Origin: Cyanophora paradoxa CCMP329
Lineage: Eukaryota; Plantae; Glaucophyta
DNA length: 64,000 nt
Reading direction: 5' to 3'
NCBI GenBank assembly: GCA_004431415.1
Contig: QPMI01000499.1
Location: 124,001 to 188,000 of the forward strand
The translations under genes were made by a program, and so were the position numbers. Below the pieces are notes generated by a model. That model was not told the DNA's origin. It saw nothing but the letters and a program-made list of their open reading frames with translations, and ran no database searches. Below are positions 43,201-56,100 of the stretch, one piece after another (position 1 is the stretch's first letter; each line of letters opens with the position of its first letter).

Positions 43201-44899
43201 GAAGGGGAGGAGAGAGGGAGAGGGGGGGGGGAGGGAGGGTGCGAGCCCGCGGGAGGCGCTTGCAGGGGTACGGCTCGCCGCTGGTTCCCGCCATGAAGCC
43301 CGACCCCACCCTGCCGCACGGGGGTACTGGCTCGGCCCGGGGGTGCGGTGCATCGAGGGGGGGGGGGGGGGGGTACGCCGCACTTGAGGCTTGGGGAGCT
43401 CTCGCCGACGGGGGTAAAGCCGTCGGAGGCGGGGGGGCAGAAGTGGAACGGCTGCGCCGTCATGTCCTCGTCCTCGGCGCGGCCCAGCTCCCGCCGCCCG
43501 TGCATCCTGAGTGGTCTCTTAGACGGAAAGGCGGACGAAGGAGCAGAGCGCTGCGCACAGGAAAACGCGAACGAAGTGGCCCCCGCAGAGGCTGACGTGG
43601 GCGGCCTGTGGGGGGGTACGAGGGTTGGGGGGTACAGGGGGTACGGGGGGTACAGGTCGGGGTCTCACCCTTTCGTACGTCGCGGCGTTCAGATCGACCA
43701 CAGTCGCCTGCGGAAGGACGTTCGATCAGCAGCGGAGCGCGAGGCGAGGGCGGGGCGGGGCAAAGCGGGCCTGGAGGGGGCTGTCGAGGGTGTAGAGGGG
43801 TACGCCGTTCCGGGGGTGGACCTCCTGCCTGTGTTGGAGGTGCGGGGGCATGTCCCGCGGCGCCTGCGGGCCCTCGGCCGCCTTGTAGCTCTCCACCAGC
43901 GCGTCTGCCTTCGTTTAAGCGGAGCCGTCGACCGGGCGGGTCGGAAGGCTAAGATAAGCTCGGCTCCGGGCGCACCGACTTGGGCGGAGAAGGCGCGCTC
44001 CTCCTCCGCCATTGGGTCCCGCACCTCCGCCGGGTCGATCGCGACCGAAGGCTTAAAGTGCAGCTGCGCGCGGCGGGCTCAAGGGAGGAGGAACGAAGCC
44101 CCGAGAACGCTTGCTCGGGGGCGGGCCGCGCGCGCGCGCCTGCGTCTCGACCTCGCCGGCCGGCTCGTGGTTGTCCCCGTGCAGCCGCAGCGTCTTCTGC
44201 TTGACGACGGGCTCCCGCGGCGCGATCCCGCCGCTCTCCTCCGGCCAAAGAAGCCCGTCCAGGAAGACGCGGCAGCCGCCTGCGCCGCACGCGGCTCGGC
44301 TCGAGCGCGGGCGCGGCGGCGGGCGGGCGCTGATGTGGGCCCTCGCACCAATGAAGTCGTGCTGCTTCACTGACTCCTCGTCGTACAGCTCGAGTGTGAG
44401 CTGAGGATGCGACGCGTTACTGATGTGCCTGCTCGGACCACCCAAGGCCAGTCAGCTGGGCGCCGGCAGGCATGCGCGGACGCTTCATCCGGACGCACAG
44501 CGAAGACTCGCTCGCGTCGGGACCTGCAGCTGCGAAGTCCGGGCTCGTCCCTCCCTTCCTTACTGTCTCGAGCCTGTCGCCGTCCTCCTCGGCGCCGCGG
44601 ATGCTCGTCCTCGCGAATACGTCCATCTTTCCTGCACGAAGCACGCGAAAGCGGCAGTCGGCGCTCGGCGGCGGCTGCTGTCCATGGCCGGCGGATCGAA
44701 TTCCGCGGAGGTTACGCACCGAACCATTCTCGGTTCTTCAGCGAGCTTCCCTTGATCACTGCAAGCGAGCGCATGCGTTAGAGAGGCGCTGGGCGGGCCG
44801 GACCGCCTATCCGACGAGTAGGCGCTCGGCGCGTCAGGGCCGGCGCCGGCAGTAGAGCGGAAATGGCTTACGCTTGACGAACAGGACCCCGTTCGGCAT
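37202..44899 (-). CDS. Phosphoinositide 3-kinase (class I/II-like catalytic domain) with N-terminal C2 and B-box-like zinc finger, copy A
   Basis: C2 start MPNGVLFVKLIKGSSLKNREWFGKMDVFAR; CENCLE..CPDC..LCDDCD; helical domain ITPHDALQLLD..ELADYMLQLVQ; FKAGQDLRTDEL, SCAGYCV, LGLCDRHSDNVML, IDFGRFLG; ends FYNWCHLVKLSATRNK*. Confidence 0.88.
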
Positions 44900-45033
44900 G
44901 GCCGCTGACCGAACGGGCCACACGGACGGCGACGGGCCTCGTCGGGCCAGGAGGCAGGGATACCGCGATCTGAAACTTCGGCGGCACGACCACCGCTGCT
45001 GCCGGCGCCCGCTGGGCCGGCTCGCTCCTCGGG
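44900..45033. promoter_or_regulatory. 134-bp spacer, putative bidirectional promoter between the two PI3K start codons
   Basis: The inferred ATGs at 44899 (-) and 45034 (+) each begin homologous C2-domain exons. Confidence 0.55.
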
Positions 45034-48000
45034 ATGCCTGTCGGCAACCTCAATGTCCGGCGTGCGTGGCTTGGCTCGTCACCGCGCCGGAGAGCGCCGG
45101 CAAACGCTCACAGGCGCGCGCAGTCCTCCGGGCGCACTCCCTTCGAAACCAAGAATGGTTCGGGTGCGTAAGATTCGCCGGAGCGCTCCGGAGCGCTCGG
45201 GGGCGCTCCGGCTGGAATTCGAACTGGGCTGGCGTTTTGGTCATGATCCGGACCGTCAACGGCAGACACGTAAAGAGAGAGCTAGCCAAGCCGCGCGGGG
45301 CGCTTTCTAAGCATCGCGCGGTCGCATAGAGGGTCGACCGAGCGGCGCCTGGCACTAGCTAAGCACCGCGGTTGCATGCGCAGGAAGATGGATGTATTCG
45401 CGCGCCTGGGCCTCCTGGGCAGCGAGCCGACCCCGCTCGCCGTTGTCGAGGACGGAGGCACGGATCCTGACTTCGCGAGTACGCCCGGGGCTGGCACGCT
45501 CGACCTGTGCGCCCGCGCGCCGCTCGAGCCCCATTTCGCCCGGGGCCCCACACACACCGACAAACACAACCGCAGGCCGGTGTCCAACGGCGACGTTCCT
45601 CGGCTCCTGGTCGAGCTGTACGACTACGAACAGGTCAAGGCGCACGATCTGATCGGTGCTGACCGCCTCTCGGCGCCCGCCCGCCCCGCCCCTCGCGCAT
45701 CGCGCCCCGCCGACGAGGCCGCTGCGCGTAGGCGGCTGCAAGGTCCACCTGGACGACCTCCTCTGGCCGCCGGAGCGCGGCGGGGTCGCCCCCGCGCGGG
45801 GCGAGCCGCGGGCCCTTCTGCTGCCGCTGCAGAGCGACAAGAAGGAGGCCGCCGGCGAGCTGGAGGCAGAGGCGGGCCCTCCCCCCCCGCTTCCTTCCCT
45901 TCTCTGCCGTACCCGCGCCTTTTAAACTCAGCCGCGCAGCTGACGTTCCGCCCTATGGAGGCGGTGGACCCGGCGGAGGTGCGGGACCCGATGGCGGAGG
46001 AGGAGCGCGCCTTCTCCGCCCAAGTCGGTGCGCCCGGAGCTAAATTTAGCCCTCCGGCCCGCCCGCCCGGTCGACGGCTCTTCGCTTAACGAAGGCAGAC
46101 GCGCTGGTGGAGAGCTACAAGGCGCTGGGCCCGGGGGCGCCGCCCGAGCCTCCCTTCGAGCTGGCGAGCCCGCGCCCCGCGGGGGCCGAGGGCGCGGTAC
46201 CCCTCTACGCCCTCGGGGGGCCCCTCCGGGCCACCGTGCTGGACCTGGACCCCGCGACCTACGAGCGGGTACGCCCTCTTTCCCCCTCCTTCCCTCTCCC
46301 CCCCCCGCGTGACGTCACCTCGCAGAGGGAGCACACGTCGAAATGCCGCGGGCACTTCGTTCGCGCCTTTCTGTGCGTTCTTCCCCCACCCCACCCCCTC
46401 CCCTCGCCCCCCCCACCCCCTTTCCGCAGTCTTACGAAGCCGGGCAGCCTGCACGGGCGGCGGGAGCTGGGGCGCGCCGAGGACGAGGAGATGATCGCGC
46501 TGCCCTTTGCGTTCCGTGTACCCCGCCGCGCCGACGACGCCCCCGCCTGGGCCGCCGCCGCCGAGGACGGCCCCGAGGCCAGGTTCCTCCCCCCCTCCTT
46601 CCCTTCTCATCATCCCGTACCCCCCTCACTGACTGCCCCGAAAGGGCGGGGCCCGCCTCCGAGTTCATGGCCGAGGCCGGCGAGGCTTCCTACGAGTGCA
46701 GCCGCCTCCCGCGGGCTCGTACCCCCCCCCGCCCCGCCCCCCATCTCATCCCCCCCCCTCTCCATCTCATTCCCCCCTTCTAAGCGACCCCGCAGGAGGC
46801 GCAGCTGCTGGTTTGCGTCTTCTGCCGGCGGGAGCACGACGAGGGCACCGACGGGCCCGTCAAGGACGACTCGACGCGTTTCCAGGCGCGCCCGACGGGC
46901 CGCAGATGATCTAGATGCAGCGTAGATCTAGAGCTAGATCGTCGCCGCTCGGCCCCGCCCCGCGCTCCTCCTCCTCCTCCTCACCGGGAGCTCACCATCA
47001 GGCGCGGGTCGCGTCGCGGGACCGGCGGGGCGAGCCGGCGACTCTCGTGGCTTGGACATCCCTGCAGGCCCGCCCGTCCCTCGGTCCTCTAATCTCATCT
47101 AATCTGAATCTATACGCAGGTCTTTGACGCGGCCGGGGCCCTCCGCACCGGAGCCTTCCGCCTCCCCCTCTGGCCCGCCCGCGTCCCCCGGCCCCGCCCA
47201 GCCTCGCCCTGGCCTGGCCCCGCCCGGCCGCTGAAGCGTTGGGCGCGTGCGCAGGCGGCAGCGGCCGACGGTGCCCTCGGTCTTCAACGGTAAGCGCTCG
47301 TTTGAATGAACCTGAAGATCTTTGATCTTAACCTCTCTCCATCCCGCAGGCAAGTGCGAGAACTGCCGCGAGATTGACGCCTGCCTCCAGTGCTCCGACT
47401 GCCGCTCCAAGGTCCACCCCGCCCCCCCCCCCCCCCCCCCCCCCGTTTCCTGTACCCGCCCTAGGCCTCAAGCCCGCGGCTCGCAGTCGGTGCGGCAGCT
47501 GTGCGAGGATTGCAGCGCGCTGGAGCACCGCGACGAGAAGACGCGCCGGCACCGCGTCTCCCGCATCCCCGGCGGTGCGTGCGGGGCAGGGCCCCGGCCT
47601 GGTTTAGACTAGATTAGTTTGGGGCTAAACTTGGGTATCCCGGGCGGTGCGACTGAGAGATGCTGCATAGGAATGTTGCATGCATCTTAATTCGGCCCGG
47701 TGTTAGAGCGAGGTTCGGGGTTCGTTAGAGCTAGATTAGTCTGGGACCTGACGGCCGCCGGCCGCGCCGCCGCAGCGCCCGAGAAGCGACGCTCGACGAC
47801 GCCCGCCCCCGGTCTGGACGGGTACAGCGCGCGGGGATCCGGACAGGGGGCGGCCTCGGCGGCCCCCTCGGGGCGGCAGACGGAGTGGGGCAGTCTGCTC
47901 CTGCGGGTCGAGCAGCCGCTCACGGCCGCAGGCTCCCCGGCGCCCTCCGTCATCTTCGCGTACGACCCGCAGGCGCGCCCTGGGTTCTCCTCGGGCCGCC

Positions 48001-51000
48001 CAGCGCTCTCCCTTTCCACTACCTACCTTGACTCCTGTCTTTCTTTCCGCAGCTGACGGCGCCGGAGGGGGCCGCCTCGGGCCCCGGCACGCCGCAGCGC
48101 TCTGGCGCCAACACGCCGCACCGCGGCTCCCTCGACGTGCGCGCGAAACTCGCGCGAAAGCCGAAGTTTCGCGGAATTTGATCTCGCGCGTGCGGGCGGC
48201 AGGCCTCGGCCTCGGCCCCCGCGGCCGCCGACGCGGCGGGAACGGGTACGGCACCTCGGAAGCGTTCGCTGGACCTGAGTATGCTGGCCCAGTCTAGAGG
48301 GGCGCTTGCCAGCCCCGGCCCCAGCCCCGGCCCCGCGCGCTCCCAGCGGCCGCCGCCCCGCGATCCCTCCCCGGAGCCGCCCCCGCCCTACAGCGGCATC
48401 GACGTCACGCCGGAGCCTCCCCCGCCGGCCTACAGCGGAATCGACCTGCGGCCCGAGCCGCCCCCGCCGGCGTACAGCGGCCTCGACCTGCGCCCGGAGC
48501 AGCGGTCGGGCCCCGCGTCGCCGCAGCTGAGGCCGCGGGGCGGGTCGCCCCTGGAGGGCCTGGGTGCGGCCCTTCGGAGCTCCGTGGGGGCCGTCGAGCG
48601 GCTGGGGCGCACGACCACCGCCGCCGTCTCCAAGGGCGTCAAGGGCATCGCCGGCTTGTGCGTCGTGTCGTGTTCTCAAAATACGCGGATACGTTTCGCT
48701 TCAAACTGATGCTCTGCTCTGCGCGCGCAGCCTCAACCGGAGCCGATCGCCTCAGCGGACCCTCTCCGATCGCCGTGCGCGGCTGTTGGTTTTGTTCCGC
48801 CCCCGCGCCGCCCGCCGAATGCCGGGGCCGCAGTGCGGGACTTCATCGAGAAGGGGAACGACCCGTACTGGGAGGTGGACGAGGAGAGCCGGGAGGCGAT
48901 CCGCGCCAACGCCGACCTCTTCACGCCCCACAGCGTCGCCTTCGCCAAGTTCGTCGAGTGCCTCGGCACGCCCCGCCCCGCCCCTGTAACCCCCAGCCCG
49001 GGGCGCCCCTGACGGGCCCCCGGCAGACTTCTCGCGCCCCCGCGAGTGCGCCTTCGTCGATCAGTGCGCCCCGCCGCCCCCGCCGCCCGCCGCGTACCCC
49101 CGAGTGCTGAGCGGGGGGCAGGGTGGTGCGGGCGTGGGTGCCGATCACGCCCCACGACGCCCTCCAGCTGCTCGACCAGGCCTTCCCCGACCTCCGCATC
49201 CGCCGGTCCCGCACCCCCGCCCCGCCCCGCCCCGCGCCCGCGCCCACCCCCGAGCTCTGCTCGGCGCAGGTACGCGGCGGAGCGGATCGGGCGCCTCGCC
49301 GACGAGGAGCTCGCCGACTACATGCTCCAGCTCGTCCAGGCGCCCCCGCCCCACCTCTGCGTCTTTGCTTCATTCTCACTGACCTCCTCCGCTTCTGTGC
49401 AGGGGATGCGGCACGCGTCGTACCTGGACGGTGCGCTGTGGCGGCTGCTGGCGTGGCGGGCCCTGCGGGGCCCGCGCGTCGTCGGCCTCGCCCTCCTCTG
49501 GGCCCTCCACGTGCGCCCCATTCATTCCAACTTCTCTTTTACTCTTATAAGATTCTTGTTTAAGATAGTCTCTCCAAGATAAGATTGTCTCCATTGCGTC
49601 CCATGACTCTAACATTGACGCAGTGGGCGGAGGGCGAGGAGAGCGCGTGGGGCCGGCGGAGCAAGGCGAGCAAACCCCCCCTTTCCCCCGCATATCGCCC
49701 TAGATCTAGATCTAGAGATCTGTGGCCAGCGCGGCTGTCGGCAGGCTGTGGCTGTGGGCAACGCAGGGACTCAGCAGCAATCATAAACGCTCGCGGGCGC
49801 AGGCGATGGTGGGGGCCCTGGAGCGGGCGCTGGCGGCGGCCGGCCACGCCTTCCTCGCCGACCAGGAGCGCGCCGTCGAGGCCGCCACCGCCCTCGCCAA
49901 CGAGTCCGCCCCCGCCCCGCCCCGCCTTTCCCCGCCGGCTCTGGCCCCACCATCCGCCCGCCCGCGCCGCTCCGATCCGGCCCGGCCCACGCGCGCGGCA
50001 GGCTGGTGCTCATGAAGGGGGACCCGAAGCAGAAGACGGCGCGCCTGAGGGCCCTCGTCGACCGCGAGGTAGGATCCAACTCCATAGCTTATTATAAATG
50101 GCGACATTGTAGCTAGACACAGCGCGAGGCGCGCGCGCGCGCCTCCCGCCGCACTCAAGACGCGATCTAGAAACTAACTCTAGGGTCCGGGGGGAGTAGG
50201 TAGCTATATCTATAGCACCATCCTAGCTATCCAGAGCGCGAGGCGCGCCGGCACAACGCCTTCCTAGGCCGCGAGACGTGATTTAGAATCTAGCTCTTGC
50301 GCTTCGCGACCGCTGAGCCGCCCGGGGACGGCAGATCGTGCAAAAGCAGGCGGAGGGCCGCTTCCCGAGGACCTTCAGCCTCCCCACCGACCCCTTCTTC
50401 GAGGCGCGCCTCTTAGATTTGATCGGATCGGATCGGATCGGATCGGATCTGATCTGATCTGACCCCCTCAGATCACGGGCGTGGACATGTCCGAGGGCAG
50501 CTGCCGCGTCTACAGCTCCGGCAAGGTTCGTTTGTTCGGTTGTTTCAGAGCCGAGAGGCGCTGTTTCGAGGGCTGTTTTAGGTCCCGTACGAGCTCGCGT
50601 TCCTGGGGAGAAGGCTCAAGCCTCAGCCTCCGCCGTCGGCGGCGGACGGGGCACCCGCTTCGGAGGCGCCGCCTCCCCGGGCGAGCCCGGTGCCTGGCCA
50701 GCAAGAGGGTCGCCTGCGGGCGATCTTCAAGGCGGGTCAGGACCTCCGGACCGACGAGCTCTGCCTCGACATGATATCGATCATGGACAAGGCGAGCTCG
50801 GGCCGCCCAGCTCGTCCATCCCGCCCGCCCGCGCCTCACGCCCGCCCCGCCCGCCGGCCCGCAGCTCTGGAAGGCGGCCGGGCTAGACCTCCTCATGACC
50901 CCCTACAAGGCGCGCCTGAGTGCAGCGCAGCGCAGAGAAATCGCGTCGCGCCCGCCACTCACAGCCCCTGCAGTGCGTCTCGACTGCGCGTCACGCCGGC

Positions 51001-52607
51001 GTCATCGAAGTAGTCGAGGGGGCGTACACCATCGTGCGTCCGGGCCGGGCCCGTCAGACATGCTTTTGTGCGCGCGCCTCAGCTGACTGAGGCGTCTTGC
51101 CTGACTGCAGGGAAACATCATGAAGGCTCGCGGACTGCCCCGGAAGATAGGTCGGATCCTCGTTGTGTGTGCTAACCGCGGGCCCCGTGCGCGCGCGCAG
51201 GGGGCGGGCGGCGTTATGACCGCCTTTAGCGAGACGGTGCGCTCGGCTCGGCTCGGCTCGGCTCGGGATCGTCACGTACCCCCCTCCCCGCCTCCTTTCG
51301 CTGAGATGCCGGTACCCCCGGCAGGTCATCGCGGACTGGCTGTATGCCCAGAAGGAGACCCGTGCGTACCCCTCTTCCCCCCTCTTCCCTGCGGTGCTGA
51401 GGCGCGCCCCGGCCCGCCCCGCAGCCTTTGAGGTGGCGCAGACGAACTTCGCGCGCTCCTGCGCCGGCTACTGCGTCGCGTGCGCCCGCCCGCCCCGCCC
51501 CCGGGCCCCGCCCGCCCCGCCGGCCGGCCGGCCTGAGGCGGGGGGGGGGGGGGGGGGGGGGCGGCAGGACGTACGTGCTGGGGCTCTGCGACCGCCACAG
51601 CGACAACGTCATGCTCTTCCCCGACGGCCGCTTCTTCCGTCCGCCCCGCCCCGCCTTCTCTGCTCTTTTCGACGCACTAACGGAACGGCCGCCCGCCCCT
51701 CAGACATCGACTTCGGCCGCTTCCTCGGGTGCGCCCCTCCGCCTCTCCGCCTCCTCTTGAGCTCGCCTGAGCCGGCCGGCAGGCACGTGACCAAGATGGG
51801 CGGGTTTATTCCGAAGGAGACCGCGCCCTTCCTCTTCACCCGCGAATACGCGTGCGCTCGCTTCCCGGTCATGATCATAAGCTCAAGGCGAGCTTTCGTT
51901 CAATTCCTCGTAGGTACGTCATGGAGGACAAGCGCGGGGTACCCGTGTACGAGGAGTGCGCTTCCTTCCCCCCCCCCCCCCCCCCCTTCCCCCTCTGAGC
52001 GAAGCGCGCGCCGCCGCCGCAGGTTCGTGCGGCTCTGCGGGGACGCCTTCGCCGTGCTGCGGCGCCACCGGAACCTCATCCTCCACCTCTGCATGCTCGT
52101 GCGCCGCCCTCCCAAGAAGACCTTTTATAGGAGAGCTGCCCACAGCTCCTAGCTAGCTATAGGGGTCCATATAACCCTGACGCCCTCCAACGAAGAACTC
52201 TAGTAGGGAAGCTGTCGAATTCGAATCTGATCTAGTTCGACCCTGACGCGTGTACCCCGCGCAGCTGCACGGGCGGAAGGCGGTGCGGCACATGTACGAC
52301 CGCTTCGTGCCGCAGCTCGAGCGGGACGAGGAGGTCCGCGCCCACTTCGTCGAGAAGGCGCGCACGCGTACCCCCCTCGCTCGCTCCTCGGTTCAGATCT
52401 GAGCTGAGGCGACCTGATCTGACCTGACCTGAGGAGCAGATCAACGAGTCGAGCGGGAACTGGCTCGCGCAGTTCTACAACATGTGCCACCTGGTGCCCC
52501 GCGCCCGGCCCCGCCCAGCCCCGCTCGCGAACCCGATCATGCCCCTCTCACCGTAGCTCGTCGCGATCGCGCGCGCGCCGCAGGTGAAGTTGGGCAAGGC
52601 CTCTTGA
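45034..52607 (+). CDS. Phosphoinositide 3-kinase with C2 and B-box-like zinc finger, copy B
   Basis: MPVGNLNVRLLRAHSLRNQEWFGKMDVFAR; CENCREIDACLQCSDC..LCEDCSALEH..RRH; the same helical and catalytic motifs as copy A; ends FYNMCHL|VKLGKAS*. Confidence 0.88.
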
Positions 52608-53153
52608 TCATGAGAGCCGAGGGGGTCCGGCGCTCGGAATCGTTCCCATCGGCCACAGCTCAGATCCCAGCCTGAAGACTTCGACTGTATGCATGTGCAT
52701 GTGCATGCAAGGCCCAGCGATGATCAGGATTTTCAATCCGCGAAAGTTTTCCAAGTGCATTCATTATTTACACGCTCAGCGGCTCCTATGATCCGATGGC
52801 TGCGGGGTTCGAGTACAGGTTTTGTTCGGGATGTTCGGGACTCGGATCGGAATGAAGCTGGTGAAAACGCACAAACTTGCGCTGTCCTAGGAAAAAAGCT
52901 GCAAACCAAAAACCCTAATTGCAATCCAGAAAACGTGAAAAGGGCTGCATGCAATATCAACTGACACCTGCAATTAAACCAGCTCCGCCCCGGCAAGCTT
53001 GAGCTTCAGCGGCGGCCTGGCCGGGACGCGCGCGCGGGCAGGAATCCCCGGGCGCGCGCGATCGCCAGGCCGTCACAGCGAAGGCACGCTAATTATAGGC
53101 CGGGCGAGCTCGAGGAGCAAAGGCTTCGATCAAGCTTGGCCTGCGGGTCTATA

Positions 53154-56100
53154 CTAGTACTTCCAGAACCGCCGGGCGGGCGGCGCCGGCGCCGTCGCCG
53201 TGGGGGTTTCCGAGGGGCGGACGGGGGCGACGGGCCCCCCCCTGAAGTCCCCGAGGGCCTCCAGGCTCGGCGGCGTCGGCGTCGGCGTAGGCGTCGGCGT
53301 CGCCTCCGCCGCGGTCGGCGTGGGAGTGGCCGTCGCGATGGGCGTCGGCGTGGGCGGCGCCGGGGTGGGCGTGGGCGTGGGCGGGCCCGTCGGGACGAGC
53401 TCAGGTTTTCCTGCGAGCGCGTGAGCTAATTATATAAATTTAATGTGTGTTTAAATTGCGCTGAAATTCGAAAATCTAGACAGCCAGAATTCGAACCCGG
53501 CCGCAGTTTTCGCACGCGCACGCACCATACCAGATGAGGTTGCCGCGAATCTCGCCGCGCGGAAAAGCCGTCGTGTTCAGGTTGTAGTAGAAGCTGCGAA
53601 TACGAAATTGAAGAACAAATTCGCCATCGGCTGCGGTGCAAAACCCGCACACGAGGCGCGAAAAGCAGCGGCAGCGCACCGGTTTCGGACGAAGTAGTTC
53701 ACTTGCACGGGAGTCACATCCGGGATGCAGAACTGCGCGCGAAAATGCTCAGTAATCAATTCCAAGCGCAAGCACTTTACGCGCTTGGTCATGCATATAA
53801 TCATGATCGAAAGCGCGGCGAATTTCGAAAGCTGATCACGAAGCGGACCTCGGAGAGGGGCGGGACGGACTTGGGGAGCTGGAGGCGCTCGACGAGCCCC
53901 GCGGCAAAGCGCCCCTCGTCCTCCGCGTTCTGCGGGGCGGGGCAAACCGACGTCAGAGGGGGCCGCAGAAGCCTCTTAAGTCTACACTAATCCTCGGCCT
54001 CGCCTCGAGGAGGGTGGCGGGCGCCAGGAGCTGCTGGTCGATCACCGGCGTCTGCGGGCTGAGAGCGCATCCAGAGAAATCAGTTCGATTTATTTTAAAT
54101 TAAAGTTTACTGAATGAAATCCAGCGCTAATATAATCAGTGATAGTGTTTTCACAATGAGGCTTATCGCTGTCAGTCAGGCTTTAGATTCGGCCGCGGGG
54201 GATGATATCGATTATATATAATCGACAAATGAACGCAGAAAGCGGATTCGTCTTCGAATCGCGAGCTTGAGGCGGGCCGGGGCCGGGCCGCACTCCCTGG
54301 CGAGGCGGACGGAGACGAGGGCGTAGTAGCGCTCCTGGAGGCCGCCGAGGCCGTCGCGGAGGCGGTAGAGGACGACAAGGACGCGGCCCCAGGCCGAGCT
54401 GATCACGAACGGCACCTCCTGGAAGCCTGCGAAATCACGCAAAAATTGAATGATACGAAATTCAAAGACCGCCCGATCCGAAGCCTTAAGCTTGAGAAGC
54501 GAGGGCACCGTCGGCGACGGCGAGGGAGAAGCCGAGGAGGGAGCCTCCGACGCAGGCCGGCGTCGGTGTCGGCGTCGCCGTCGGCGGCGGGGGCGGGACG
54601 TTCGTCGGCGGCGGCGGTGGCGGCGTCGGCGTCGGCGTCGCCGTCGGCGTCGGCGTCTGGGGTCGAATTATATTTGCGAAACTCAAGAGAGAGTTAATCG
54701 TATATAATTCCAAATGTGGCACCGCAGGCGTCGGGGTCGGCGTTGGCGTCTGTTCACGAGATGCATTTTAGGAGCCCCGAAAGGGTAGAGCTTTGCGGAA
54801 CTAATATTGCGGCACCGGTACCGCTGGCGTCGGCGTCGGCGTCGGGGGCGTCGGCGTGGGGGTCGGGGGCGTCGGCGTCGGCGTCGGCGTCTGAGACCGC
54901 GATAAAATTAAATTAGCGAGACCACCGCTCGCTATTGCTGTATAGATGAAACTTTGCGGCACCTCTGGCGTGGGCGTCGCCGTTGGCGTCGGCGTGGGGG
55001 GCGTCGGCGTTGGCGTCGGCGTTGGCGTCGGCGTGGGCGTCTGAGACCGTGTTGTTTGAAAACCATTGGAGAGAGCACTGCTCGCTTTTGCTGTCAAGGT
55101 TTAAATATGCGGCACTGGCACCTCTGGCGTGGGAGTTGCCGTCGGCGTGGGCGTGGGGGGCGTGGGCGTCGGCGTCGGCGTCTGCCGCCGTAGTCGAGAA
55201 AGCGAAAGAGGGGAAATTAAATTAAAACCAGTATTTAAAGAAGAAGGCTCACCGCTGGCGTGGGCGTCGGCGTGGGCGTGGGTGTGATCATGAGCGGCGT
55301 CGGTGTCGGCGTCGGCGTCTGGGACCGTGGTCAGAAGAAATAGGAATCGCCGCTGCTCGCTATCGAATATCGCGGCCAGGGCTCGCGGCACCGCTGGCGT
55401 GGGCGTCGGCGTGGGCGTGGGTGTGAGCGGCGTCGGCGTCGGCGTCTGGGACGGTGTTCAGAAGAAATAGGAATCGCCGCTGCTATCGAATATCGCGGCC
55501 AGGGCTCGCGGCACCGCTGGCGTGGGCGTCGGCGTGGGCGTGGGTGTGAGCGGCGTCGGCGTCGGCGTCTGGGACGGTGGTCAGAAGAAATAGGAATCGC
55601 CGCTGCTATCGAATATCGCGGCCAGGGCTCGCGGCACCGCTGGCGTGGGCGTCGGCGTGGGCGTGGGTGTGAGCGGCGTCGGCGTCGGCGTCTGGGACCG
55701 TGGTCAGAAGAAATGGGAATCGCCGCTGCTCGCTATCGCATATCGCGGCCAGGGCTCGCGGCACCGCTGGCGTGGGCGTCGGCGTGGGCGTGGGTGTGAG
55801 CGGCGTCGGCGTCGGCGTCTGGGACCGTGGTCAGAAGAAATAGGAATCGCCGCTGCTCGCTATCGAATATCGCGGCCAGGGCTCGCGGCACCGCTGGCGT
55901 GGGCGTCGGCGTGGGCGTGGGTGTGAGCGGCGTCGGCGTCGGCGTCTGGGACGGTGGTCAGAAGAAATAGGAATCGCCGCTGCTCGCTATCGAATATCGC
56001 GGCCAGGGCTCGCGGCACCGCTGGCGTGGGCGTCGGCGTGGGCGTGGGTGTGAGCGGCGTCGGCGTCGGCGTCTGGGACCGTGGTCAGAAGAAATAGGAA

